Virus record (IMG/VR): IMGVR_UViG_3300032274_000005
Coordinates: 1 to 51,305 of that record
Direction: 5' to 3' (one strand)
Origin: a virus
Taxonomy: Duplodnaviria > Caudoviricetes
DNA length: 51,305 nt
Made by a program: the position numbers and the translations under genes. Every line of letters begins with the position of its first letter. Position 1 is the first letter of the stretch. Below the pieces are notes generated by a model. The model was not told the DNA's origin and did no database searches. It saw nothing but the letters and a program-made list of their open reading frames with translations. Shown piece after piece: positions 35,357 to 44,301 of this stretch.

Positions 35357-35553
35357 TGCTACATCGAAACCTCGTGAGGCTCCGCACCAACGCGGGCCTC
35401 ACCCAGCAAGAGCTTTCCGACGCGGCCGGTGTGAGCCGGTCCACGGTGGCCCGCATTGAGAGCAACCGACAGTCACCGGGGGTTGAGACGCTTACCCGGC
35501 TGGCCGATGCCCTCGGGGTGACCCTCGACCACCTCACCGGGGGTGTGGAGTGA
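35356..35553 (+). CDS. XRE-family HTH regulator
   Basis: LR...GLTQQELSDAAGVSRSTVARIE...PGVETL.RLADALGV. Confidence 0.9.
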   Translation: MLHRNLVRLRTNAGLTQQELSDAAGVSRSTVARIESNRQSPGVETLTRLADALGVTLDHLTGGVE

Positions 35554-36002
35554 GCATGACCGAATCAGAGGCCAAGCAGCTCGGCAACCGGTTCCTGAAC
35601 CACCCCTCATGGCGCTGGCTGCCTGGAATGGTGGACGTGGCAGGGTGGCGGGTTGCCTCCACCGGAAACTACCCACTCCCCTACCTGATGACCTGCACGT
35701 CTGATGCACTTGACCCAGATGGTTTCCCGCAAGAGATCGGTGACACCATCCTCAACATGGGGGCAACCTTCCCCCCGGATGTGACGGATCGGGCAACCAT
35801 CCTCTTGATCATGGATGTGGTCCGCATGGCGTGGGACGTGAGTGTCCGTGACGTGTGGGTGTACCCGGTCACGGATCGTGGCTGGATCTGTGCCGTCTGC
35901 ACAGGTGGAGGCCGCAACCCGCGCCGACGAAACTTTGAACATCAGCAGTTGGCCGGGGCCTTGCTGGCAGCCCTTGACGCACGCATGAAGGAGCAGACAT
36001 GA
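35550..36002 (+). CDS. Hypothetical protein, 'WxWxPGM...PDxxDxAT' family
   Basis: WRWLPGM, PPDVTDRAT, VVRMAW, ALLAALDA. Confidence 0.6.
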   Translation: MSMTESEAKQLGNRFLNHPSWRWLPGMVDVAGWRVASTGNYPLPYLMTCTSDALDPDGFPQEIGDTILNMGATFPPDVTDRATILLIMDVVRMAWDVSVRDVWVYPVTDRGWICAVCTGGGRNPRRRNFEHQQLAGALLAALDARMKEQT

Positions 36003-36754
36003 CCGAAGAACAAGCCCGTACCCGGCTCCTCAGCCATCTCTCAGACCTCGGGGACATGAGCCAGGAGGATCAAGCCAGCATGGCAGCCATCTACATGGTG
36101 GTCCGTGACCGGATGGCCCACGGCCTCGGCACCATCAGTGCCATTGCCGCAGCCTCAGCAGCCACTTTGGACGCACGAGACAACCCCGAACCCATCACAC
36201 CCACGGCGCCGAGTACCCTCAAGGTCTTTAGGGTCGACAGTGAGGGGGATGTGATCGGCATCATTGATGGCGCCCGCTGGCCCGCATCCGTGCCGCTGCC
36301 TGTCCTCGTCAACGAATGTGGCCACAGCGCCTATTTGTACCGACCCCACCTCATCTTGCAGGCCACGCAGCCCGAGACGTGGGAGAGACGGGCACGCCTC
36401 TTTGCCTGTGACTGTGCTGAGAGGGCACTGGATCGGGCAGCCAAGGTGGACCCCCGGAGCCGAGAAGCCGTCTCAGTGGCCCGTAGATACGCCCACGGAC
36501 GCGCATCAGATGAGGAACTGAGGGCTGCTTATGAGGCCGCTTGGGTTGCTGCCGATGCCGCTGCTTATGTCGTCAATCGTTCCGCTGCTGCTCATGCCGC
36601 CGCTCATGCCTCCTCTGCTGTGGTTGAGGCCGCTGGTGATGCCGCCGCCGCTGCCGTTGATGCCTCTGTCAAGCACTCATGGCAGCACGAACGGCTGATG
36701 CTCTACGCCTCTGGCACCATCGGCAACACCTACGGTGACTGGGAGCAGACATGA
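35999..36754 (+). CDS. Protein with Imm5-like Ala-rich helical domain
   Basis: RLFACDCAERAL...DPRSREAV.VARRYA.G.A..EEL.AA. Confidence 0.6.
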   Translation: MTEEQARTRLLSHLSDLGDMSQEDQASMAAIYMVVRDRMAHGLGTISAIAAASAATLDARDNPEPITPTAPSTLKVFRVDSEGDVIGIIDGARWPASVPLPVLVNECGHSAYLYRPHLILQATQPETWERRARLFACDCAERALDRAAKVDPRSREAVSVARRYAHGRASDEELRAAYEAAWVAADAAAYVVNRSAAAHAAAHASSAVVEAAGDAAAAAVDASVKHSWQHERLMLYASGTIGNTYGDWEQT

Positions 36755-37101
36755 GCCCCTTTCTCTCCGACCCCCCACCCACCACTCTCCCCGAGCCCTG
36801 GGCCTACACGCTGGCAGCCCCGTTCGTGGACACCGAAGACCCCGAGCGGGTGACCCTGTGGTGTCTCAAAGAGGGTGAGGGCTGGTTCGCGGTGGTGGAC
36901 CACACGGTCATTCGGCCCCTCAATGAGCTGGAGACTCAGCAGGCCGACATCCAGGCAGGCCGACGCCAGCCCATCACAGTCAACGTGGCCGATCTCGATC
37001 TTGAGCCATTCATCATGGGTGAGGCCGACGACGACACCCCCGAGCCCCCCACCCCCGGCAACGTCCTTCGGTTTGCCGACCTCGTGAAGAGGATGGGTTG
37101 A
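36751..37101 (+). CDS. Hypothetical protein
   Basis: ATGA coupling. Confidence 0.5.
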   Translation: MSPFLSDPPPTTLPEPWAYTLAAPFVDTEDPERVTLWCLKEGEGWFAVVDHTVIRPLNELETQQADIQAGRRQPITVNVADLDLEPFIMGEADDDTPEPPTPGNVLRFADLVKRMG

Positions 37102-37772
37102 TGCAAACGACATTCTTGACCGGTGCTCAGAAGCCCCTGCCCGATGACGGCAGCCGCATCACCGGAGATGCCTACTACACCCCTGACAACGTGGCCCGTG
37201 CCTGTGTCAGCGTGATCCGTCACACTCCCTTCTGGAGACGGCTGCCCACATGGGGCACGAGCACCGTGTTCTGGGAGCCCCATGTGGGTGGCGGAGCGTG
37301 GACACGGGCTTTGCTTGACCTGACCAATGCAACCGTGATCGCCTCGGACGTGGACATGGGGGCCGATGGCCTCCACCCACAGGAATACCCAGGCCAGCGC
37401 CGGGCCTTGGCTGAGGCTCGTGGTGGGGTGGACTTCGCCACCTTCCGAGAGTGGGACAACCGAGCCCGGTGGATCATCGGGAACCCACCCTATGACCGTG
37501 CCCGCCTCCACACAGAACGTGCCCTTAACGCCACGAGGCAGCATGTGGTGTTCCTGCTTCGGCTGGCCTTCGTCGAATCCCTCAAGCGGGTGGACTTCTG
37601 GCAGCGCTACCCGGCACGTCATGTGTGGATGCTGGCCTCTCGACCCAGCTTCACAGCAGGTGGAGGCACCGACAGTGCAGCCTATGGGCTCTTTTGGTGG
37701 GACATCCACCATCGTGGGCCGATGACCTGCACGCCGTGCTGGGATTGGAAGTCAGAGGCGGTCAAGCCGTGA
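37101..37772 (+). CDS. Orphan DNA N6-adenine methyltransferase
   Basis: D.YYTP, WEPHVGGG (motif I), IIGNPPY (motif IV), LLRL.F.E, TDSAAY. Confidence 0.8.
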   Translation: MQTTFLTGAQKPLPDDGSRITGDAYYTPDNVARACVSVIRHTPFWRRLPTWGTSTVFWEPHVGGGAWTRALLDLTNATVIASDVDMGADGLHPQEYPGQRRALAEARGGVDFATFREWDNRARWIIGNPPYDRARLHTERALNATRQHVVFLLRLAFVESLKRVDFWQRYPARHVWMLASRPSFTAGGGTDSAAYGLFWWDIHHRGPMTCTPCWDWKSEAVKP

Positions 37773-37821
37773 CCACCCTCAACACCCACCACGGGCATCC
37801 ACCCTGGGCACGGGGGCCACG

Positions 37822-38301
37822 ATGTTGAGCAAGCTCAGGGCAGTGGCAGCCCCTCGGGTTGGTGACATCATCAACGGTTGTGGGGTCATTGCCGTCACCC
37901 ACTCCAAAGTGTTGGCTGTCCCGATAAAACGAGATGTGGCCTTCACTCTTCTGGAGAATGCCGGCCTTCCTGTAAGCCACACCGAGACATACACGCTCAG
38001 AGCATGGCGAGCCCACCACTGGCCGTGCCTGCTGCCAGAGGGGTTGAGGCCGTCTGAGGATCAGGGGTTAGCCATCGCCGCTTACGTCATCGTCGGGTGG
38101 CAAGTCACTCAGTCGATATGCCGGACCTATCTGGTCGTGGGGGGCGTGTTCCTTGTGGGGCGTGGGGCTCTCTCATGCTTGCTGGAGGCAGGGCAGGCAG
38201 GAACCTCCACTGCTCTTGTCGGCTTGTTGGTGCTCATGCCGATCCTCAATGCCCTGTGGGCCATCACCAACCATCCAACCATCTCGGACACGCACCCATG
38301 A
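37822..38301 (+). CDS. Membrane protein
   Basis: C-terminal hydrophobic segments. Confidence 0.45.
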   Translation: MLSKLRAVAAPRVGDIINGCGVIAVTHSKVLAVPIKRDVAFTLLENAGLPVSHTETYTLRAWRAHHWPCLLPEGLRPSEDQGLAIAAYVIVGWQVTQSICRTYLVVGGVFLVGRGALSCLLEAGQAGTSTALVGLLVLMPILNALWAITNHPTISDTHP

Positions 38302-38639
38302 GGCACCTCACCCGAGGCATCCGGCACCGACTCTGGAGGGGAGCAGGCGGCCTCTACCGAGCACACGTCACGGTTGCGTGGTTCTGGCTGTGGGTGTCCA
38401 TGCTCGTGAGCGCTGTGTGGGTGCTCATGGGGGAGCCAGAGGCCGACACCGACACACCCATCCGTGACCTGTACGTGATCGCAGACGACGTGTCAGACCT
38501 CATCCGAATCCACTACAGCGGCCGCGCATGGTCCTGCACTCCCAGCCAGCCCACCACCCCCGGTGATGATGGCTCGATAGCCCCCACGGGCAGACGCTCG
38601 GCAATCCAACCCAGTGAGCCCAACACAGACGAGGACTGA
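38298..38639 (+). CDS. Single-TM membrane protein
   Basis: VTVAWFWLWVSMLVSAVWVLMG; ATGA coupling. Confidence 0.5.
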   Translation: MRHLTRGIRHRLWRGAGGLYRAHVTVAWFWLWVSMLVSAVWVLMGEPEADTDTPIRDLYVIADDVSDLIRIHYSGRAWSCTPSQPTTPGDDGSIAPTGRRSAIQPSEPNTDED

Positions 38640-38695
38640 GCGCCCCACAGGCATAAACTCAGCCCCGTCCCCCATCGGCTCCCGTCTTTTGCACG

Positions 38696-38725
38696 CCTCA
38701 ACATGCCGTGCATGGTATGTTGAGG
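38696..38725 (+). promoter_or_regulatory. 30-bp imperfect palindrome overlapping extended -10 (TGgTATGTT); probable autoregulatory operator
   Basis: CCTCAACATGCC-GTGCAT-GGTATGTTGAGG directly before the XRE gene ATG. Confidence 0.55.
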
Positions 38726-38727
38726 AC

Positions 38728-38928
38728 ATGACAGGCAAGCGCATCAGAGACAAGCGGGAATCACGGGGCCTCACCCGGTCGGCTTTGTCTGACCTTTCAG
38801 GCGTCCCCGAGTCCACGATCTCTAAGATCGAACTCGGGACCACCCGCAACCCCACCATGTCTACCCTGTCCAAGCTCGCAAGGGCTCTGGGCTGCCGGGT
38901 GGATGACCTGTGTACGGAGGCCGCATGA
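38728..38928 (+). CDS. XRE-family HTH regulator
   Basis: IRDKRESRGLT...LS..SGVPESTISKIE.G..NPT..TL.KLA.ALG. Confidence 0.9.
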   Translation: MTGKRIRDKRESRGLTRSALSDLSGVPESTISKIELGTTRNPTMSTLSKLARALGCRVDDLCTEAA

Positions 38929-39857
38929 GCACCATGATCAACCGTGGCCGACGTACCTTCTCACCCCAAGACCTTGCAGCCCGTGAACGCAAGCGCCTAC
39001 GCAACGAGAGCATCCGGGCCACCCACCGACGCCACGAGTGGGCCTGTCCCAACTGCGGACACCGACAGATCACCGAGTACCCCATTGACCCCTGGGAAGA
39101 TCTGGGCCACTTTCAGGCCCGCTGTGAGATGGGAGCAGACCCCGGCGACTTCTTCGTCTGTGGTCTGCTGAGTCGGATCTCACTGACCTCTGAGCACGCC
39201 CCACAGTGGGTGGCCTGGACTGAGGCCCGATGGGCTTACGACCGGGCAGCAGAGGAGTATCAGCGGTCCCTTGACGGCTTCTATGCGGACGTGGGCACGT
39301 GGGATCGGCCCACCACCCCACCCCCACGGTGGGCCACAGTCAAGCCCCCGTGTTCGGAGTTTGACGCACTACGCGGGCTGTTTGATGTCCGTCTACTGGA
39401 GGCCAGAACGATGGCATCACCCCCGGCATACGCACGTTTCAACCTGCCCTCGGGCCACGTCCACGCACGGATCATCACCTCGTATCAGGAGGACGGGCAC
39501 CACAAAGCCGAGCTGGACATTCCGCAGCCTCTCCACGAGGGCTTGAGGGATGAGCTGCTGCGCATCGTGGCAGACCCGGACGAGCGCCGGGCCTTCGTCG
39601 AAGACGGCGCCAACATCGTCTACATTGCCGTCTGGGGTCCAGAGCCGTGGTGCTGGACTGAGGCCAAGCACGCCCCCGAGCCCTCCACCCCCGATGATGA
39701 GCCCACCGAAGACCTCCCGATGGTGGAGGTGGAGATCATTGAGGTGGACGAGGCAGACCACGCCCCACCGGATGACTCTGAGCTCATCCGAGTGGATGAG
39801 GCCCTGTCCTCGTGGGCCATCCGTCACGGTGTCACCCTGCCAGGGGATGAGGAGTGA
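38925..39857 (+). CDS. Hypothetical protein with Zn-ribbon and acidic tail
   Basis: WACPNCGH; GGAGG RBS. Confidence 0.6.
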   Translation: MSTMINRGRRTFSPQDLAARERKRLRNESIRATHRRHEWACPNCGHRQITEYPIDPWEDLGHFQARCEMGADPGDFFVCGLLSRISLTSEHAPQWVAWTEARWAYDRAAEEYQRSLDGFYADVGTWDRPTTPPPRWATVKPPCSEFDALRGLFDVRLLEARTMASPPAYARFNLPSGHVHARIITSYQEDGHHKAELDIPQPLHEGLRDELLRIVADPDERRAFVEDGANIVYIAVWGPEPWCWTEAKHAPEPSTPDDEPTEDLPMVEVEIIEVDEADHAPPDDSELIRVDEALSSWAIRHGVTLPGDEE

Positions 39858-39883
39858 CAGCCATAGCCACCGGACCACAGTGA

Positions 39884-40252
39884 GTGCCCACCCCCACCCC
39901 ACTGGATCGCCTCACAGCAGAGGCACGGGCCGTCCTGGGCTGGCTCTCACACCACGCCCAGATCATCCACAGACGCAATCAGGCCCGGCTGCGCTGGCTG
40001 ATGTCTCCGGCCGGGCTGGCGTGGCTGGATGCGTGCCACCTCTCCCGACGTGGGGACCGATACCTGATGTGCTTGATCGCCATCGCACTCTCCAGCCGTG
40101 GGGAGGGCCCACAGTCCGTGACCTTCCGAGGGGTCATGTGGTGCCTCGTGCTGTCCTGGGCAGCCCTCGACCTCCTCACCTACGGCCTACCTGACTGGAT
40201 GCTGGGCAGACGCCCACGCAAGAGACGACCACCAACCAAGAGGCAACAATGA
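39884..40252 (+). CDS. Hypothetical protein
   Basis: ORF coupled to the next gene. Confidence 0.4.
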   Translation: MPTPTPLDRLTAEARAVLGWLSHHAQIIHRRNQARLRWLMSPAGLAWLDACHLSRRGDRYLMCLIAIALSSRGEGPQSVTFRGVMWCLVLSWAALDLLTYGLPDWMLGRRPRKRRPPTKRQQ

Positions 40253-40497
40253 ACGAGCCAGCCGAGTATGTCAGTCCCCTTTTCCTCACCACGGCCCACA
40301 TCATCCTCAAGGGGCAGGTGATCAAGATCACCACCACCACCGCAGAACTCCCCGGTGAGGCCCCCGAGCACCCCGAAGGGTTTGCCTACTTTGTGGATCG
40401 GGACGAGTACGGCCGCTTTCGTTCCAGTGTTATCATTCCTGATAGGTCCAACATCATCGGTATTCGGGTCTTCAATCGGATCTGCAACGATGCCTGA
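40249..40497 (+). CDS. Hypothetical protein
   Basis: GAGG RBS, ATGA overlap. Confidence 0.5.
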   Translation: MNEPAEYVSPLFLTTAHIILKGQVIKITTTTAELPGEAPEHPEGFAYFVDRDEYGRFRSSVIIPDRSNIIGIRVFNRICNDA

Positions 40498-40744
40498 GCA
40501 CACCCCCGGCTTCCTCAAGAGCTTCGGTGTCTCTCTGACGCTGGCCGCTGTGGTCTTGCTCATCTGGGCAGGTGTGGCCCACCTCCAGGCCCACGCACCC
40601 ACACGGACCCCCACACGGACCCCCACACGCCCACCGGCAGCCTTTGACGAGGGTGACCACCCCACCTACCCACCCACAGACACCGGGGACACAGCAGAGC
40701 CCACCACGGGCAGATGTGCAGCACCCCCCTGTGAGGTTGCGTGA
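40490..40744 (+). CDS. Small membrane protein with PTRT repeats
   Basis: TM segment followed by 12-bp CCCACACGGACC repeats. Confidence 0.45.
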   Translation: MPEHTPGFLKSFGVSLTLAAVVLLIWAGVAHLQAHAPTRTPTRTPTRPPAAFDEGDHPTYPPTDTGDTAEPTTGRCAAPPCEVA

Positions 40745-40835
40745 TGAAGAATGACACCATTTCGCGCAAGGTATCCCCGGCGTTCAAGCAGCCTTTCAGG
40801 CGGAAGACCCCCAGGATTTCGCGTAAGGAGCAGCG

Positions 40836-41387
40836 ATGAACAACACCTACATGGTTTTTGATGTCGAGAGCGTCGGCCTGCACGGCGAGGGCTGGCAGGT
40901 CGGTTGGGTGGTCATACGCCTTGACACGGGCGAAACCCGACAGACGGGGCTGCTGACATGCCACCCGAACCGGGCGGAAGCGTTTGGCTCAAAGCAGCAG
41001 CAGGCCACCGATCGCCGCTGGGTGGCTGAACACTGCCATGTTGGTGACCAGCGATTCACTCACAGCAGCCCTGCGGATCTGCGGCGTGACTTCTGGGCCG
41101 CATGGCAGGACTGGAAGGAGCGCGGCGCCACGCTCGCGGCTGATGTCTGCTGGCCGGTCGAGGCCAACTTTTTGACGGCCTGTATCCATGAGCACGGCGA
41201 CCCCTGGAGCGGCCCTTACCCGCTCATCGATATCGCCAGTGTCCGGCTGGCTGTCGGCCTTGACCCGTTGGCGACCGTTGAGCGACAGCCCGCAGAGATG
41301 CCAGCACACAACGCCCTGGCCGATGCTCGGCAGTCTGCGCGGCTTCTTGTGGAAGCCCTCCGCTTGACCTCGCGGGGGGGCGCGTGA
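40836..41387 (+). CDS. DEDDh 3'-5' exonuclease
   Basis: VFDVES (Exo I), E..FL, HNALADA (Exo III); AAGGAG RBS. Confidence 0.75.
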   Translation: MNNTYMVFDVESVGLHGEGWQVGWVVIRLDTGETRQTGLLTCHPNRAEAFGSKQQQATDRRWVAEHCHVGDQRFTHSSPADLRRDFWAAWQDWKERGATLAADVCWPVEANFLTACIHEHGDPWSGPYPLIDIASVRLAVGLDPLATVERQPAEMPAHNALADARQSARLLVEALRLTSRGGA

Positions 41388-41833
41388 TGGAGGCGTTCAT
41401 CCTCCTCACCCTGGCTATGGTCTTCGTCGGCATGGTCATCGGTGTGGTCTGTGAGGGTGCCAGCGACGGCGCCAGCCTCCACGATCTCTACACCCCACCT
41501 CCCCTGCCACCCGGCACAGTGCTGGTCAACACCTCGGCCGTTCGCTGTCCCTGTAGAGCCACCACAGCCGACCCCGGCACCATCATTGCCACGGTGCTGA
41601 ATTACACGCCTGCTGACTACATCCCTGATGGTGAATGGCCAATCCACGGGCACACACCCGTCTCCATTCACGCAATGCCGGGCACGCTGCACAGGTGCTC
41701 TGACATTGACGCACCCGACCCCCACCGTGGCCGGTACTTCATTGATCCCGATCGGCAGCACATGGACTGGAGACGCCCCACCCCCGGTGAGTGGCTGACA
41801 ATGATGGAGGCAACCAATGCAGAAGCACTCTGA
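41384..41833 (+). CDS. Membrane-anchored hypothetical protein
   Basis: N-terminal TM helix. Confidence 0.5.
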   Translation: MMEAFILLTLAMVFVGMVIGVVCEGASDGASLHDLYTPPPLPPGTVLVNTSAVRCPCRATTADPGTIIATVLNYTPADYIPDGEWPIHGHTPVSIHAMPGTLHRCSDIDAPDPHRGRYFIDPDRQHMDWRRPTPGEWLTMMEATNAEAL

Positions 41834-41856
41834 GCCCGACCACACAGGGTGGCCCC

Positions 41857-42297
41857 ATGACCATTCAGTGTGAGATCACGATCACCGGCACGATGGATAT
41901 CTGTCGTCAAGTGGCCATCCTGAGTCTTGGACATCTGGCCATTGAGAAGCCCTCAAGGGATCGCATCCCCGATCACGTGCCCGCCACCCTTGAGGCATAC
42001 AAGCAGGCCCTCATCACAGCAGCCACGAACCACCCCAAGTGGGCAGCCCTGTTTGTCTGGGGGGATCAAGCACGCATCAACCAAGCCCTTGAAATGGGCC
42101 GCTGTCTCTTTGACGGCATCACCCTGGAGGCCCTTGAGTGGTTCGTTGGGTATTTCACCGATTACAGACGCTCTTGTGGGCTGAGACCGAACGTGGCCAC
42201 GGCTACCCATCTCATGGGCCACTACCTCAACTCTGACCCTCGGCCCCTCTCAGACGATGCCCACGCCTCCCGATTCAAGAGGTGGGGGCAGGCATGA
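41857..42297 (+). CDS. Hypothetical protein
   Basis: ORF coupled to the next gene. Confidence 0.5.
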   Translation: MTIQCEITITGTMDICRQVAILSLGHLAIEKPSRDRIPDHVPATLEAYKQALITAATNHPKWAALFVWGDQARINQALEMGRCLFDGITLEALEWFVGYFTDYRRSCGLRPNVATATHLMGHYLNSDPRPLSDDAHASRFKRWGQA

Positions 42298-42575
42298 CCT
42301 GCCAGAAGTCCACCTACACATCCAAGAGGCTGGCCCGAATCGCCCTCCGCACCATCAGCAAGCTCAAGGCAGGCATGAGGGTATACAAGTGCCCCCATTG
42401 CTCTGGCTGGCACCTCACGTCCTCTCAGAAGGCCGTCCCCCCATCACAGTCCAGGCACAAGCCCAGAATCACCATCAACGGCACACGCAGCAGACACTCC
42501 GCACGCACACGTGAAGAGGCGGAGGCACTGGCTCGGATGCTCAGGGCACGCCATCACCCACCCTCAGAGGAGTAG
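42294..42575 (+). CDS. Small Zn-binding phage protein (YxCxxCxGWHLT)
   Basis: C.K..Y.SK..A...RVYKCPHCSGWHLT. Confidence 0.65.
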   Translation: MTCQKSTYTSKRLARIALRTISKLKAGMRVYKCPHCSGWHLTSSQKAVPPSQSRHKPRITINGTRSRHSARTREEAEALARMLRARHHPPSEE

Positions 42576-42626
42576 TCGGGCACGCACAAAACGATATGCC
42601 CGACTACTTCGGATTCATCAGCCGAC

Positions 42627-42691
42627 ACCTAACCGCACATTATAAAGTGCGTGGCCTTGCACCTAACGCACCATTCGTATAAAGTGCGTGT
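42627..42691 (+). promoter_or_regulatory. Promoter TTGCAC-N17-TAAAGT with duplicated CGCAC...TATAAAGTGCG boxes; leaderless start
   Basis: TATAAAGTGCGTG occurs twice; near-palindrome CGCACATTATAAAGTGCG. Confidence 0.5.
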
Positions 42692-43327
42692 ATGCCAAGG
42701 CCCGCACAATACCCGTGGGACCGGATCTTTGACGAGATTCGGGACGGGATGAGCAAGGATGATGTCTGTGCCAAGTACGGCATGAGCAAGGCCGTCCTGA
42801 GAAACAAGCTACGCAAGGCCAGCGGCATCCCCCCGAAGCCCAGGCCACCCAAGCCGAAGCCCTCACCGGTCCTGTCTCTTGCCGAGCACCCTGCTCTGAC
42901 CATGCAAGAGAGGGCACGGCTGGCCAAGTACGACAAGGCCGACGCCAGAGTACAGGCCAACCAAGCCAGCACCCGCAAGGCCATTGATGCCAGCGGGGTG
43001 GACCGGAGACGGCTTCAGAAGGTGATCCGGCTTGCCATCCGAAACCTTGAGGTGTCCACAGACAATGAGGATGCGGACAAAGCCCTCAAGTGGTCACGGA
43101 TGCTCACCAACACGGCTGAGAAGCTGGGCCACGTCTTGCAGTCTGAAGACCAGCTCGCACCACCGGACAACCAGCCCTCAGCCGAGACTGCGGAGGGCCG
43201 GGAGGTGATCGCCACGATGCTTAGTCAGAACCGGGGCCTGCTGGCTCAACTCCTGGCAGGGGTGGATGAGGATGCGTTCACCTACGCCGTAAACGAGGCC
43301 AACCGCCTCAGAGGGAAGACAGGATGA
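42692..43327 (+). CDS. Probable terminase small subunit (N-terminal HTH)
   Basis: HTH 'GMSKDDVCAKYGMSKAVLR', helical core; first gene after a dedicated promoter upstream of terL. Confidence 0.45.
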   Translation: MPRPAQYPWDRIFDEIRDGMSKDDVCAKYGMSKAVLRNKLRKASGIPPKPRPPKPKPSPVLSLAEHPALTMQERARLAKYDKADARVQANQASTRKAIDASGVDRRRLQKVIRLAIRNLEVSTDNEDADKALKWSRMLTNTAEKLGHVLQSEDQLAPPDNQPSAETAEGREVIATMLSQNRGLLAQLLAGVDEDAFTYAVNEANRLRGKTG

Positions 43328-43704
43328 TTCAGACGTGGATCGTTGACACAAGCGTGGCCGTTCTCGGGCCTACCCTTGCCATCGGGATGGGGATCTTCTT
43401 GGCGCTTGTGGCCTGCTTTGTGTTTGTCACGGGGTGCATCTTCGGTGTACCCGAGATCCCTGGGTGGTTTAAGTGGCTCAGGAACCGGTCCCCATTCCGG
43501 TGGGTTGAGCCCTTCCCCGGTGACTCGTACATCATGGACGGTCGCCGGGTTGACCTCGTGGCCTGTGACTCCGATGGGGTCACCGTGGCTGCAAACGGGG
43601 CACAGATCACCGTGTCCCGCCGCTACTTCCACCACCGGGCACGCAGGGCTGAGGATGTCCCTGTGGCTCTCTCTGAGATGAGGGGCACCCGTGACGCTGG
43701 CTGA
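43324..43704 (+). CDS. Membrane protein
   Basis: N-terminal TM helix. Confidence 0.5.
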   Translation: MIQTWIVDTSVAVLGPTLAIGMGIFLALVACFVFVTGCIFGVPEIPGWFKWLRNRSPFRWVEPFPGDSYIMDGRRVDLVACDSDGVTVAANGAQITVSRRYFHHRARRAEDVPVALSEMRGTRDAG

Positions 43705-44098
43705 ACTGTTCTCACCGTTGCCGAAGGATCATCAGTTGATGATCAACACCACCGTGTTCCGCAATTACGCACCCGGCGCGGTCGTGGTCCAGTATCAGGG
43801 TATCGACGACTGGTTCGGGTGGCGGTGGCCCTTCCAGCCACTCTGGAAGGCGATCTGCTACCGACCCCTAAATCTAAAGGTGGTCAAGGCCGACCGCAGG
43901 AAATACCTCCGCTATGCCGCAGAATCGGACCTTGAGCAGGGGGCGCTTGTCAGACGCTTTGGGGCGTGGCGGAGACACTGGCGCCCGCTCACCTCGGTAG
44001 AGGCGCTGGCTGTGCTGGCGTTCAACGATGAGCGTGCAGAAATGCCATACACGATGCCACCGGCACTACAGAAGACCGGGTACTCCCCACAGCGCTGA
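43691..44098 (+). CDS. Hypothetical protein
   Basis: GAGGGG RBS. Confidence 0.5.
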   Translation: MTLAELFSPLPKDHQLMINTTVFRNYAPGAVVVQYQGIDDWFGWRWPFQPLWKAICYRPLNLKVVKADRRKYLRYAAESDLEQGALVRRFGAWRRHWRPLTSVEALAVLAFNDERAEMPYTMPPALQKTGYSPQR

Positions 44099-44162
44099 TG
44101 TATTCGAGGCCAGAACAGCCGGGCACAGATGATGTGCAGAACCGACACACATGAGAGGCACC

Positions 44163-44255
44163 ATGATCACGAGAATCCGCAAGAAGCCCATTGAAGTCGA
44201 GGCCGCAGGCGTACAGGTCACCGTGTCCATGCAACTGACGACGGAGACACTGTGA
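44163..44255 (+). pseudogene. Truncated 'RKKPxxVEA' family gene (30 aa)
   Basis: MITRIRKKPIEVEAA.. with GAGAGG RBS, cut off just before the 44302 gene; intact paralog at 46804. Confidence 0.5.
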
Positions 44256-44301
44256 TCGTTCGGGGGATATGATGGATTTGCCGATCTAATCTGGGGGCCT
44301 C

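Noticed and set aside
36530-36670. GCTGCT/GCCGCT low-complexity repeat
   Set aside because: Encodes the Ala-rich tract typical of phage Imm5-like proteins.
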